Positions 11,207-21,462 of a DNA stretch of 64,000 nt are shown here, in pieces; the first letter of the stretch is position 1; the number at the start of each line of letters is the position of its first letter. Source of the stretch: Spirochaetia bacterium (GTDB taxonomy: Bacteria > Spirochaetota > Spirochaetia > UBA9216); assembly GCA_965140585.1 (NCBI GenBank), contig OZ223269.1, positions 1,056,001 through 1,120,000 on the forward strand, written 5' to 3'. The notes beneath the pieces were generated by a model. The model ran no database searches. It had not been told where the DNA came from and worked only from the letters and a program-made list of their open reading frames with translations. The translations under genes and the position numbers were made by a program.

Positions 11207-11219
11207 ATGTTGTGCGTAT

Positions 11220-12167
11220 CTAATTAAATTTTTCAATACCCAGATAAATATCCTCATTCAGACTATGCCTGCCGCGGCTGTAAAATACTACAGCTTCTTC
11301 TGATTCAGTATAACCTATACACTTATACCTGCCGCCTGTGTATTCAATATTTCCGATTCTAATCTTTAGAGCCGTTTCAGATTCAACGTTTTCTAAAATG
11401 ACACAATTTTCCGGACGGAAAGTAATTATACGGGTGTCACCGTGGATATCCAGATTGACAGTATTCATCTCTCCAAGAAATCCTGCAGTAAAACTGTCTT
11501 CGGGATTCTCATACACTTCCTCAGGCGTTCCTGTCTGAAGTATTCTCCCCTTGTTCATAACGGCAATTAAATCAGACACAGCAAGAGCCTCCTCCTGATC
11601 GTGAGTAACATAAACTGCTGTAAAACCGATTTCATTCTGAATACGTTTAATCTCTGTCCGTAATTCTTTCCGGAGTTTTACATCCAGAGCACTAAGTGGT
11701 TCATCAAACAGCATCACCGGAGGGTTTGGCGCAAGAGCTCTTGCGAGCGCAATCCTCTGTTTTTCACCGCCGGATAATTCATGAATGCTGCGTTTTCTAT
11801 ATCCTGATAGTTTTACCACCTCAAGAAGTTCATCTATCCTGTAACTGATTTCTGCAGAGCTCTTTTTTTGAATCTTCAATCCATAGGCAATATTTTTTTC
11901 CACATTCATATGAGGGAAAAGAGCGTAATCCTGAAAAACCATTCCGAAATTTCTTTTCTCGGGATTCAAACGGGTAATATCAAAGGAACCGGCGCTTATA
12001 CTCCCTTTAACCGGTTTGATGAAACCGCCGATGATCCTGAGCAGAGTTGATTTCCCGCATCCGGATGGACCCAATATAGAAAGAAAATCACCGCCTGGTA
12101 TAGTGATGTCTGCTGACAGTGAAAATCCAGGATATTCAAAATATATGTTATCAATCTCTAATTTCAA
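11220..12167 (-). CDS. thiQ: ABC transporter ATP-binding protein (thiamine uptake)
   Basis: GPSGCGKST, VFQDYALFPH, LSGGEKQR, DEPLSALD; last gene of a TPP-riboswitch operon. Confidence 0.82.
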   Translation of the reverse strand: MKLEIDNIYFEYPGFSLSADITIPGGDFLSILGPSGCGKSTLLRIIGGFIKPVKGSISAGSFDITRLNPEKRNFGMVFQDYALFPHMNVEKNIAYGLKIQKKSSAEISYRIDELLEVVKLSGYRKRSIHELSGGEKQRIALARALAPNPPVMLFDEPLSALDVKLRKELRTEIKRIQNEIGFTAVYVTHDQEEALAVSDLIAVMNKGRILQTGTPEEVYENPEDSFTAGFLGEMNTVNLDIHGDTRIITFRPENCVILENVESETALKIRIGNIEYTGGRYKCIGYTESEEAVVFYSRGRHSLNEDIYLGIEKFN

Positions 12168-13834
12168 AAGAGCTCCTCATTACCGGTTTTTTCTATAATA
12201 TACAGTGAAATAACACAGATAAGCATTAAAATAGTACCCATCGCACATGCTCCGAAAAAATTATAGCTTGAGATCAATCGGTATATGGCAATGGGAATTG
12301 TAAGAATCCCGCCGTCAGAAAGAATAATTGCAGAGTTAATCTCACCTGCGGAAATACAGAATCCGAAGGCAGCAGCACTTATAACATTGGATATCACCAA
12401 AGGAAGTTCAATATCAAAAAAAACTCTTGCAGTATCCGCCCCCAAAGAACGAGCGGCATCAATCATAGACGGATTAATCTTTCGGAAAGAAGCAGTGAGG
12501 CTTCTTACTATAAAGGGCAGACCTATTACCGAATGAGCAAAAATAATCAGAATCCCCGATTTTATAAAATTCTCAGGCAAAATGGAAATTAATCTGAAAT
12601 AACCGAGCCCCAGTACAACTGTAGATATTCCGATAGGAAGCATAAAAATAATTTCAATTATTCTTCCGGTATTACCCCGGCTTTTGGCACCGACCCAGGC
12701 TGCTGATAATCCGGCTGGAAGTGAAATAAGCAGAGACCCGGCACCGAATAATAATGTATTCTTAATTGCCTTAAGCGTAATACCAGGCGTCATAATCTGT
12801 TCATACCATCTGAGGGTGTAGGAGATTTTCCCGCCCCAGCCAGTCTGAGTTTGAAAAGAACGGACAATAACAGCGGTTAAAGGACCTGCAATTATCAGAA
12901 TAATAAAAAGTATATAAACCATTGCAAAAAGTCGAGCGGGTGATGACAGACTGGAAAACCGGATTTTTTTAATACCGGCTCCTGAATCCATTGAGTTACC
13001 CGAAGAGTTTTTCTGTAGAAAAATATAAGCTGCTGTAAATACAGTTGTTAAAACTGCTCCTGCTCCTGCCAGAGCAGCTGCAGCATTTATATCAAGATTA
13101 ATTCGTGCAAGCCTGTATATTTCAACTTCAATGGTTGAAAGTGCCGGACCTCCTCCGAGAACCAGAATAACAGCAAAGCTCATAAAACAGAAAATAAATA
13201 TTAGCGAAAAAGATACAAGTACTGCCGGAATGAGCGAAGGCAGTGTTACAGTTCTGAATATTCTGATTTTGCCTGCAGAAAGGCTTTTTGCCGCCTCATA
13301 CCGGTTTTCAGGAATCTGCGACCAGGCTGAAGATATAAGCCTCAATGAAACCGGAAAATTATAAAAGACATGAGCCAGAATTATAGCCTTGAATGAATAG
13401 AGGATTTTTAACGGCGGTTGGGAAGTCCCGGTTAATGCCATAACAAAGCGGTTTAAATAGCCGCTGTTTCCAAAGGTAAGAACAAATCCCAGCACCACCA
13501 GAATTGAAGGCAGCACAAAGGGAATTGTTGTAAGACTTCTAATTAACTTCTTGCCTTTGAAATCAATTCCAGCCATTATCCAGGCGCCTGGAAGCCCCGC
13601 CAGAATAGAAAAAAAAGCGCTCAGCAGAGCCTGAAATACCGTAAATGTAATTATGTGCAGATAGTAACTGTCCGTAAAAACAGACAGCAATGCAGCAGGA
13701 GATGTACCCTTAAATACCGAAATTACCGGTATCAGAAAAAAAAGCAGTAAAACTGCTGAAGGAAAAATGAGATACAGATAATTAGTGTTGAAACTGCCGG
13801 ACTTAAATTGTCCGGCAGTAACTGAATTATTCAT
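12164..13834 (-). CDS. thiP: Thiamine ABC transporter permease (two permease domains)
   Basis: FTVFQALLS, ILAHVFYNFP, two EAA-like loops; operon context. Confidence 0.85.
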   Translation of the reverse strand: MNNSVTAGQFKSGSFNTNYLYLIFPSAVLLLFFLIPVISVFKGTSPAALLSVFTDSYYLHIITFTVFQALLSAFFSILAGLPGAWIMAGIDFKGKKLIRSLTTIPFVLPSILVVLGFVLTFGNSGYLNRFVMALTGTSQPPLKILYSFKAIILAHVFYNFPVSLRLISSAWSQIPENRYEAAKSLSAGKIRIFRTVTLPSLIPAVLVSFSLIFIFCFMSFAVILVLGGGPALSTIEVEIYRLARINLDINAAAALAGAGAVLTTVFTAAYIFLQKNSSGNSMDSGAGIKKIRFSSLSSPARLFAMVYILFIILIIAGPLTAVIVRSFQTQTGWGGKISYTLRWYEQIMTPGITLKAIKNTLLFGAGSLLISLPAGLSAAWVGAKSRGNTGRIIEIIFMLPIGISTVVLGLGYFRLISILPENFIKSGILIIFAHSVIGLPFIVRSLTASFRKINPSMIDAARSLGADTARVFFDIELPLVISNVISAAAFGFCISAGEINSAIILSDGGILTIPIAIYRLISSYNFFGACAMGTILMLICVISLYIIEKTGNEELF

Positions 13835-13841
13835 TTAAAAC

Positions 13842-14909
13842 CTAATATTTTGATGTTACCTCAAGCCACTGCTCAAGCCAGGTATCGAGGTTGCTTTCTA
13901 TTACACTTGTTGAAAGAAGCAGAGTCTTACTTGCATCCGGTGCATACTGGTAGGAATCAGGAAGTTTAGTGTCAGGATTCACAGGGAGCATGAAATTTGT
14001 AAGCGGAATTGCATTCTGAAAATCATCGGTAAGCATATACTCGATAAATTTTTCAGCAGCCTTTCTATGCTGAGCATTTTTGACGATGGCCATTGCTTCA
14101 ATCTGCATGTAATTACCTTCCTCAAAGATCAACGCACGGTACTTATCAGTTTCATCATATTCTACATGAACCGGAGGGCTTGTATTATAGCTTAATACCA
14201 TAGGAGCCTCACCAGTTGTATACATACCGTAGCCAGTATCCCAGCCGTCAGTTATAGTCAGGACGGACGGCCCGAGCCTCTTCCAGTATTCAGTAAAATC
14301 ATCGCCATAAACAGCAACTGTCCAGAGCATAAAACCCAATCCGGGGCTTGAAGTCCTTGGGTCCATCAGAATAAGAGAATCCGCATACTCTTCCTTTGTA
14401 AGATCTTCAAGTGAGGCTGGCAGATTGAACAGTCTGGTGGAGTCATAGTTAATAGAAAAATACCCGTAATCAAAGGGAACTGCATGCCATGACTCGTCAA
14501 AGACAAGATGTTCGGGAATTTTTGATGCATTTTCAGGCTTATAAGCTTCAAATACGTCTGATTCCAGTGCCTTTGCAAGCATGTTATTATCAAGACCGAT
14601 CATTATATCAGCCTTCGGGGATTCTTTTTCAAGAATAATTCTGCTTAATACAGCACCTGCATCTCCCGCAGCCCGCAGGTCAACTTTAATACCATACTTC
14701 TCTTCAAAAGGCGGAATTACCTGGGCCGCCGGACCCCAATCTGATGCAAATGAATCATAGGTGTAGATGACAAGTGTATTGTCATCAGCAGACTTTGCTG
14801 CAGCTGAATTGTCGTCATTTTTTGCACAGGATACAACTGATATACATAGTGCCGCCAACATCAATAAAGCAGAAACTTTTGTTTTCTTAGTGAAAACCGT
14901 TTTCTTCAT
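13842..14909 (-). CDS. thiB: Thiamine ABC transporter substrate-binding lipoprotein
   Basis: YTYDSFASDWGP, DPRTSSPGLGF, MVLSYNTSP; lipobox VVS-C; directly downstream of the TPP riboswitch. Confidence 0.9.
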   Translation of the reverse strand: MKKTVFTKKTKVSALLMLAALCISVVSCAKNDDNSAAAKSADDNTLVIYTYDSFASDWGPAAQVIPPFEEKYGIKVDLRAAGDAGAVLSRIILEKESPKADIMIGLDNNMLAKALESDVFEAYKPENASKIPEHLVFDESWHAVPFDYGYFSINYDSTRLFNLPASLEDLTKEEYADSLILMDPRTSSPGLGFMLWTVAVYGDDFTEYWKRLGPSVLTITDGWDTGYGMYTTGEAPMVLSYNTSPPVHVEYDETDKYRALIFEEGNYMQIEAMAIVKNAQHRKAAEKFIEYMLTDDFQNAIPLTNFMLPVNPDTKLPDSYQYAPDASKTLLLSTSVIESNLDTWLEQWLEVTSKY

Positions 14910-14950
14910 GAAAACCTCCAGAGTAGAATTTATGATGTGTGGGTAGAAAA

Positions 14951-15042
14951 TGTCTCGCTCCCTTCGCCGGCATTATCCGGATCAGGTTCAACGGGTATAA
15001 TCTCAGGACAAACGGTTTAGAACCGCAGCCACCCCACGACAG
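14951..15042 (-). promoter_or_regulatory. TPP (THI-box) riboswitch
   Basis: - strand reads GGGGTG...CTGAGATTATACCCGTTGAACCTGATCCGGATAATGCCGGCGAAGGGA, matching the TPP aptamer core, ~40 nt upstream of thiB. Confidence 0.95.
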
Positions 15043-15109
15043 TTATAATCTAATCTTAATAAACTGATGTGTCAAGAAAGTGTTTTGAAGAAAATGTGAT
15101 ACAGTATCA

Positions 15110-16471
15110 TTGAATATGTACAGTTTTAAAAATTTGATTTTCAGATTTACCCTTGTGTTCTTTCTTTTTATAAATCTATTGCTGATATCCGCAGAACCTT
15201 TTGAATCTGAGAAAGGTACTACAACCATAATGACCAGTAATGACTGTTTCGGCGGCGAATTTGTACTGGATCGGGACGATTTCAGAAGTTACGGATTCGG
15301 GATGGCGTCGGTCTTTGATGAAGGTTATTCAGCATCATTTGAATATTACGGACATACAGACAGAGAACAGAATTCAAGATCTGATGAGCTGCTTCTGGAT
15401 ATCGGTTATATTTTCAATTTTTATGAGCCCTATGGAGAACTGAGCCTATTTCCTCTTGCCGGTGCAAGGCTCACAGGAAATATCGCGGGCCAGGCTCTTC
15501 AGAATTTTGTACACAGATTCTTCGGAATTAAAGAAGTTGATATGGTATACGATGAAGGTAGAAACGATCAAATCTTGTCAGCCGATTTTACTGCAGGTCT
15601 GAGCCTTTCCTGGCAGAAAGCTTTTCCGATATTTACCGAGGCAGAACTCATCCCGGCAATTCAGACATCATTTGAATATTCTGTACCATCCGGCTACCTA
15701 TTAAACACCGCAGCTCTTTTAAAATTAAACGGGGTTTCAGATGACAGGTTCAGCTTCTTTACCGGTTATTCCATGATATCAACTGACTTCCCCGGTTCCA
15801 CCATTGATAATTCTCTCGAACTTGAAAACGGTTTTTACACAGGCTTCAAACTGGCAGCCGGAATGCTTGCATATGAGACAGTGATATATCCTCAAAGCGG
15901 TTTTGCAAACGGTTACATCAGTCTTACTCTGAATACCGGAAACCATGATAAAGTCTACTCCTACAAAAAGCCAGATTTTATCCTTGATTATATGCTTGAT
16001 CTTATTTCTTATGAAAAAGAGATCAAGATGCTCTTTCCTTTGGAGTCCGTCGGCAGTTTCCGTATCCTCCCGTTTGCTGATTTTTCATATGCAGATGCAC
16101 TTTCTGATTTCTACAATACTGAGAGGCAGGTGAGGCTGATGCAGTTATCGGCCGGAGCTCAAATTGCCTATACTCCGGGTTTCTTCTCTTCCCCTTTTGA
16201 AGTCTATGCTGGAGCCGGAGCCGGCTACAGACTGGAAAAATACTGGGATCTTGAGGATTTCATAAGCTATAGCTCCGGAATGGTACTCCAGCCTGAAGCC
16301 GGAATAAGAACTAAACCGATCGCTCTATTCCCGTCTTCCGGATTGTTTAAGCAGAACAGCAGGTACGGGATATCTATTAATTACGGACTGCAGTGGCTGC
16401 CGTTCGGAGATTTGTATGTTAAATTGCAGCACCGCTTATCGCTTGGACTTGAAATCTGGTGCGATTATTGA
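15110..16471 (+). CDS. Exported hypothetical protein, probable outer-membrane beta-barrel
   Basis: Signal peptide, aromatic/Gly-rich amphipathic strands, C-terminal LSLGLEIWCDY. Confidence 0.55.
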   Translation: MNMYSFKNLIFRFTLVFFLFINLLLISAEPFESEKGTTTIMTSNDCFGGEFVLDRDDFRSYGFGMASVFDEGYSASFEYYGHTDREQNSRSDELLLDIGYIFNFYEPYGELSLFPLAGARLTGNIAGQALQNFVHRFFGIKEVDMVYDEGRNDQILSADFTAGLSLSWQKAFPIFTEAELIPAIQTSFEYSVPSGYLLNTAALLKLNGVSDDRFSFFTGYSMISTDFPGSTIDNSLELENGFYTGFKLAAGMLAYETVIYPQSGFANGYISLTLNTGNHDKVYSYKKPDFILDYMLDLISYEKEIKMLFPLESVGSFRILPFADFSYADALSDFYNTERQVRLMQLSAGAQIAYTPGFFSSPFEVYAGAGAGYRLEKYWDLEDFISYSSGMVLQPEAGIRTKPIALFPSSGLFKQNSRYGISINYGLQWLPFGDLYVKLQHRLSLGLEIWCDY

Positions 16472-16515
16472 CAGCTGGAATTATCTGCAATAAAGTTATG
16501 CACAGGATTACTTAT

Positions 16516-18960
16516 ATGAAAAAGTTCAATACAGGATTATTAGTGCTCTCTCTGCTGACTTTCACTGCAGTTCTTTCCGGATGTGAAAACAATATCTTTG
16601 ATTTCCTGATGAACCGGGAACAGGTTGAGACTCCTTCATTTTCCAAGTCAACCGGCACATATAATTCGAAAATAAGCATAAGTATTTCTACGCTAACTGA
16701 AGATGCTGTAATTTATTATACAACCGACGGCAGCGATCCCGATACGGAGTCAACGAAATATGATTCTGAAATTGAACTCACCAGTGACGGGTCATCTTTA
16801 ACTGTGTGTGCATATGCTGTAAAAGAAGGGATGCTCGATTCTGAGACAAATTCAGCTTCCTATATAATAAACCTTCCAGACGACGAGACTCCTGACTTGC
16901 CGGGAATTCCCGAAACGATAAGTCCGGAAAATAATGCAGTAATTGAAGGTTTTTCTGACAGAACTGTATATGAGGGGCAATGGTATTTTGACTGGACAGA
17001 TGCTGCCGATGCTGAGTCTTATCAGCTTGTTGTAGCCTATGACGGAAGCGAAACCGATTTTATAGATATCACTACTGTTGACTCGGAATACTACTATACT
17101 ATCCGGGCTCAGGTTCCTGATGCTGAGTACTGGTACTGGAAGGTTTGTGCATCGGTTAATGACGATACATCAGAATGGTCTGAAGAAAGCATATTCTATG
17201 TAAACTCAAAACCTCAAAATTATGTCTACACACCTGTCTTTACTCCAGCCGGCGGGAATTATTATGAGGATACTGATGTAACTATCAGCTGTACAACAGA
17301 GGGTGCTGCAATTCATTATACCACTGACGGGAGCACACCTGATGCCTCATCAGAAATTTATTCAGAACCAATACATGTGAGCGGAGTAGGAACCTCGACA
17401 ACAATCAAGGCTATCGGAATGAAGGACGGCTATACTGATTCCGGAATCAGATCTGCTGATTATACAATTACCGATGCGTTTTACGGATACTTTAAGGTAG
17501 CCAACTCCTGGGGCATCGGCAGTTCCTGGGAAAATGTGCCGGACGGGTTTTACCGCATAACCTATGATGCAATGAAAGCTCAGAATGTTTATGCATTTAT
17601 ATATGCGGATCTGGAAGATTATTCTCCGACTCATCTTGCTGTTTTTAAAATCTCTCATGATGCCAGAAACTCATGCAAAGTGTATTTCGGGATAGGCAAT
17701 CCTGAAGACCCAATTGTCTGGAAATCATTCAATAGTGAGGAGGACTTTTCCAGTACGAATTACAGCTCATCTTTCGGCCACTGTCCAGGCGGTGAAATAC
17801 CATTTTCGGATAATGAAATGGTATTTGATGTATCTGAGTTTTCCGAATATTTCGGCAGCAATGATTTTTTCATAAGAATTGTAGATGAAAGCGGAGACAG
17901 TTATTCAGGCGGCACACTAACAAGCTTTACACTTGAGGAATATTCAGACTATAACTTTGAAAATCCTGCCCCTGTAAAAACTGTATCTGCCGGCAGTTTA
18001 CCGCTGAGTTTTACAGACGGGGAGACTGTTTCTGTTGTACTCTCCACTTCAGGATTCTCCGGCGGGACGGCTGTGGCAGCTTCTTCCGGAAGCCGAGCTT
18101 TAATCAGCAGTCTTGGTGCTTCCAGAAAACTTACTTCAAGTGAACTTTCTGAATTGAAGTCTGATTTGGGAATCGCAGAGCAGGGAAATAATTATAATTT
18201 AAAAGTTGGAGGATTCGGCACTGGACTGCGGCCTTTTGATGAGGGTGAATGGGATGCTATTGAGAATTCCACTTATATTCTTGATTCAAAACTGCTTTCA
18301 ATAGATGCAGCAGCCCTTTTCACTGACGGAGCCGGATTATCATCTATTGACTGGTCTGAGACAAAATACTTTCCGCCAATCGGTTCGCAGGGGTCGGAAG
18401 GTTCATGTGTAGCATGGTCGCTTGCATATTATATTAAAACATTTCAGCAAGCGCTTGATAACGACCGGGATGTTGCCTCTGCTTCATCAAACGGATATTC
18501 TCCTCTTAGTAAACTTGACTGGATATATTCTCCTGATTATCTCTATCATCAGATAAACGGAGGTGTAGATGCAGGTTCAAGTTATGTAACAGGGATGATG
18601 GTGCTAGATAAAAACGGCTGCTCATCATGGGCAACCATGCCTTACAGCACTTCGGACCACACTTCATGGCCCTCAGAGACAGCATGGAGGGAAGGGCAGC
18701 TTGCAAGATCAGAATATCTGAAAACAAATACTGAGTATGGAACTCTTTATTATCTAAGAGTTACAGATGACGAGGACATTCGTCTGCTTCAGACTCTTCT
18801 TGACCAGGGAATACTTGCCTCAATCAGTATTGATGCTTATCAATACAGCAATTTAAGCGATGATGATATCTGGGATGCTGACAATTATCAGCCGAGCGGA
18901 ACGAATCACGCCAACACGCTTGTGGGATATGAAGACGTTGAAGAGTACACTCATCAGTAA
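16516..18960 (+). CDS. Lipoprotein with two chitobiase/FN3-associated domains and a papain-family (C1) cysteine protease domain in permuted motif order
   Basis: Lipobox VLSG-C; two IYYTTDGS.P repeats; QGSEGSCVAW (Cys), NHANTLVGY (His), FKVANSWG (Asn). Confidence 0.8.
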   Translation: MKKFNTGLLVLSLLTFTAVLSGCENNIFDFLMNREQVETPSFSKSTGTYNSKISISISTLTEDAVIYYTTDGSDPDTESTKYDSEIELTSDGSSLTVCAYAVKEGMLDSETNSASYIINLPDDETPDLPGIPETISPENNAVIEGFSDRTVYEGQWYFDWTDAADAESYQLVVAYDGSETDFIDITTVDSEYYYTIRAQVPDAEYWYWKVCASVNDDTSEWSEESIFYVNSKPQNYVYTPVFTPAGGNYYEDTDVTISCTTEGAAIHYTTDGSTPDASSEIYSEPIHVSGVGTSTTIKAIGMKDGYTDSGIRSADYTITDAFYGYFKVANSWGIGSSWENVPDGFYRITYDAMKAQNVYAFIYADLEDYSPTHLAVFKISHDARNSCKVYFGIGNPEDPIVWKSFNSEEDFSSTNYSSSFGHCPGGEIPFSDNEMVFDVSEFSEYFGSNDFFIRIVDESGDSYSGGTLTSFTLEEYSDYNFENPAPVKTVSAGSLPLSFTDGETVSVVLSTSGFSGGTAVAASSGSRALISSLGASRKLTSSELSELKSDLGIAEQGNNYNLKVGGFGTGLRPFDEGEWDAIENSTYILDSKLLSIDAAALFTDGAGLSSIDWSETKYFPPIGSQGSEGSCVAWSLAYYIKTFQQALDNDRDVASASSNGYSPLSKLDWIYSPDYLYHQINGGVDAGSSYVTGMMVLDKNGCSSWATMPYSTSDHTSWPSETAWREGQLARSEYLKTNTEYGTLYYLRVTDDEDIRLLQTLLDQGILASISIDAYQYSNLSDDDIWDADNYQPSGTNHANTLVGYEDVEEYTHQ

Positions 18961-19148
18961 TTAAACTCATATGTCCCGATATCAGGGTTTCCGCTTCTGG
19001 TATTATCAAAATTACAGCAGGACAGCGGAAAAGAGTCCGGTTCAAACTCATCCGATCCGGACTTTACTGATTCAAGTAATTTATATAATCTAAACAGCGG
19101 TTCATTAAGCACCGGACTGGGTGCAATCGGTTTTTAGATACAAAAGGA

Positions 19149-19667
19149 TCAATTCATAGATATTTTGTAATCTGTTGTACCGTCTGTAATTAATAGGAAC
19201 TTCATTTCTTCATCAAGAACCGTCATCGTGAAACCTTCCGACTCGGAAAATTCAGGGATACCGAACACAAAATCAAGCTCACTGTCTTTCAGCATATACA
19301 GGCTGACCCCCTCTTTGCGCATTGTGCCAAGGAACATAAAACGGTTAGTATTATAAACAGGCTCACTTTCAGGTTCGGATATAATTTCAGTTTGATCTGT
19401 TTTTTGCCGTCCCTCACTGTAGAACATATTAGTCATTTGCAGTGCCGGTATATCAGATTTTTGATTTTCTATTATTTTGGTGGTAATTTCAGCAGAGTCA
19501 TCAGCTTTATTCTGTAAAGATTGAGTAGTGTCTGATTCGATCCTATTTGTTGTATTCCTTTCTACCATAACCTCAGGAGGGAGAATGAAGAGCAGGGTAA
19601 TATATACTGCAGAAGCAGTTATTGCTGTTATCAGGATTGCCTTAATTACCGTTGAAACCTTTGCCAT
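19149..19667 (-). CDS. Hypothetical bitopic membrane protein at the end of the T2SS operon (GspC/PilP-like position)
   Basis: N-terminal TM, low-complexity linker, C-terminal FMFLGTM small beta domain. Confidence 0.45.
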   Translation of the reverse strand: MAKVSTVIKAILITAITASAVYITLLFILPPEVMVERNTTNRIESDTTQSLQNKADDSAEITTKIIENQKSDIPALQMTNMFYSEGRQKTDQTEIISEPESEPVYNTNRFMFLGTMRKEGVSLYMLKDSELDFVFGIPEFSESEGFTMTVLDEEMKFLLITDGTTDYKISMN

Positions 19668-19675
19668 TATTTCTC

Positions 19676-20746
19676 CTAATCAGAGATGATTCTGCTGATA
19701 ATCTGAATCACCCTTTTTCTTTCAATGTAATCAACATCATCCCCCGGTCGATATGATAAACTGATATCTGGAATTTCAGCAATAACTGTTATATATTTTT
19801 TTTCTTCAATGGTTATTTGTATTTCCCAAAACCAGGTTTTGATACCAAGATAATCAAAGATAGGGTGTGAGACATCATCAATCGTAAAGACTGATTTCAG
19901 TTCATCAGTTAAAAACTCTCTGCTTTCCCTGCTTTGAATAATCAAACTGTAAGCTCTATCGGGATAAGGCAGGGGACTGTTTCCAAAATCATATTTGAGG
20001 ATTCTGATCAAAAGTTCTTCAGGTATGAAATGAATATTCATAACCGGAACAGCGCAGATAAAGGGATAAAGCTCATCAATATTGTTTTCCATGATTGTTT
20101 GAAGATTATTGTTTGACAATGCAGTATTATTCATTCTTTCATTTTGAACCTTTCGTCTGAAAGATTCAGAGCCGGAATCATTTCCAGTGCGAATGTTATA
20201 TAACTCAGTAAGCGCCAGTTCATCAGCAATGTTTATATTCATGTAACTTTGTACAGTCGCATATTTTAGAACAGCATCATCCGAAAGAAACTCATCCTGT
20301 ACCCCCAGAAGGCTTGGGAAAAGACCATTATCATGCCGATACTGTTCAAGCTCCGACATGGATTTACCATCTATAAAAAGCAATTTATTAATATCTGTAC
20401 CGTCAATGATTTCATCTCTGAAAAAGTTTAAGTTAACTCTGCTCGAAATACCTATCATCGATACAGAGAAGTCTTCACTATTCAATGATTGTATTCTGTT
20501 CCAAACAGGATCAATAAGAGAATCCGATTCTGGAGAATTATCTTCAAGAATAGCATCAATAATCTCTTCTACAGTATCCTTAACTTTTTTTTCGTTTATA
20601 ATATCTGAAAGCATTGGGACATCTTGTCTTCTGGATGATATTACATATGATAGACCGATAAAAATAATTGACAGAAAAACTATCAGCATAAAAGCATAAG
20701 TGGTTGCAAATCCTTCGGTTAACTTTTCAAGTTTTTTATCAGTCAT
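19676..20746 (-). CDS. GspK-like minor pseudopilin
   Basis: MTDKKLEKLTEG|FATTYAFMLIVFL class III signal lacking E5; SRVNLN and MNINIA motifs. Confidence 0.65.
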   Translation of the reverse strand: MTDKKLEKLTEGFATTYAFMLIVFLSIIFIGLSYVISSRRQDVPMLSDIINEKKVKDTVEEIIDAILEDNSPESDSLIDPVWNRIQSLNSEDFSVSMIGISSRVNLNFFRDEIIDGTDINKLLFIDGKSMSELEQYRHDNGLFPSLLGVQDEFLSDDAVLKYATVQSYMNINIADELALTELYNIRTGNDSGSESFRRKVQNERMNNTALSNNNLQTIMENNIDELYPFICAVPVMNIHFIPEELLIRILKYDFGNSPLPYPDRAYSLIIQSRESREFLTDELKSVFTIDDVSHPIFDYLGIKTWFWEIQITIEEKKYITVIAEIPDISLSYRPGDDVDYIERKRVIQIISRIISD

Positions 20747-21254
20747 CCGAATTTCCATAAACAAGAGAGTGACTGCCGAAAAGTAGCTTATATCTGCATG
20801 CATTCTGATTTGAATCAATTAATATAATTTGTATTCCGCATGTAATTTCATCAATTATCAAAGGTTCAAAATAGCCTATTTTTAAATTATGAAAAACGAT
20901 CTGAGTTTCATCATTTCCTTTAATATTTAAACCTTCTGCAGTAAAAGCGAGTTTGATAACTGAATCTTTACTGCCTTTACTATATGGAAGTTCAATACTT
21001 TTAGATTCACTTTGAAACACAGGATATTCTTCCCAGAATGGTATCTGAATATCATTACATAATTTTTCCAACAGAATATCAGCCTGCACAGCTTCTTTCA
21101 GAAAGATATTCTTTTCCAGGATAGAATTGAAACTGACAAATAACTTCTGTCCACCCATAAACAGCAGCAGAGATGCAAGTGATAGAATAAAAACAGCAAC
21201 AACCGTTTCTGTCAGCGTGAAGCCTTCTTCCAATACGGATAATTTATTCTTCAT
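20739..21254 (-). CDS. Prepilin-type pseudopilin (GspJ-like)
   Basis: EEG|FTLTETVVAVFIL N-methylation motif. Confidence 0.75.
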   Translation of the reverse strand: MKNKLSVLEEGFTLTETVVAVFILSLASLLLFMGGQKLFVSFNSILEKNIFLKEAVQADILLEKLCNDIQIPFWEEYPVFQSESKSIELPYSKGSKDSVIKLAFTAEGLNIKGNDETQIVFHNLKIGYFEPLIIDEITCGIQIILIDSNQNACRYKLLFGSHSLVYGNSDD

Positions 21255-21462
21255 TATAAATAAACTTTCCCGAATCTATTAAATCGTTATTTGTCGCAAT
21301 AAACTCATAGTATGCTGATTCTCGCTTTACCGAGATTTTAATTATAGATGTGTACAAACCGGTTAATGAAATTATAAAGACTGCAATAATAATAACTGCA
21401 ACCAAAGAGTCAAATAAAATATATCCCTCAGTCAAACTATTTGGATGATAACACTTTTTCAA
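21244..21462 (-). CDS. Small pseudopilin-like protein (GspI-like)
   Basis: TEG|YILFDSLVAVIII degenerate class III signal; overlaps both neighbours. Confidence 0.55.
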   Translation of the reverse strand: MKKCYHPNSLTEGYILFDSLVAVIIIAVFIISLTGLYTSIIKISVKRESAYYEFIATNNDLIDSGKFIYNEE

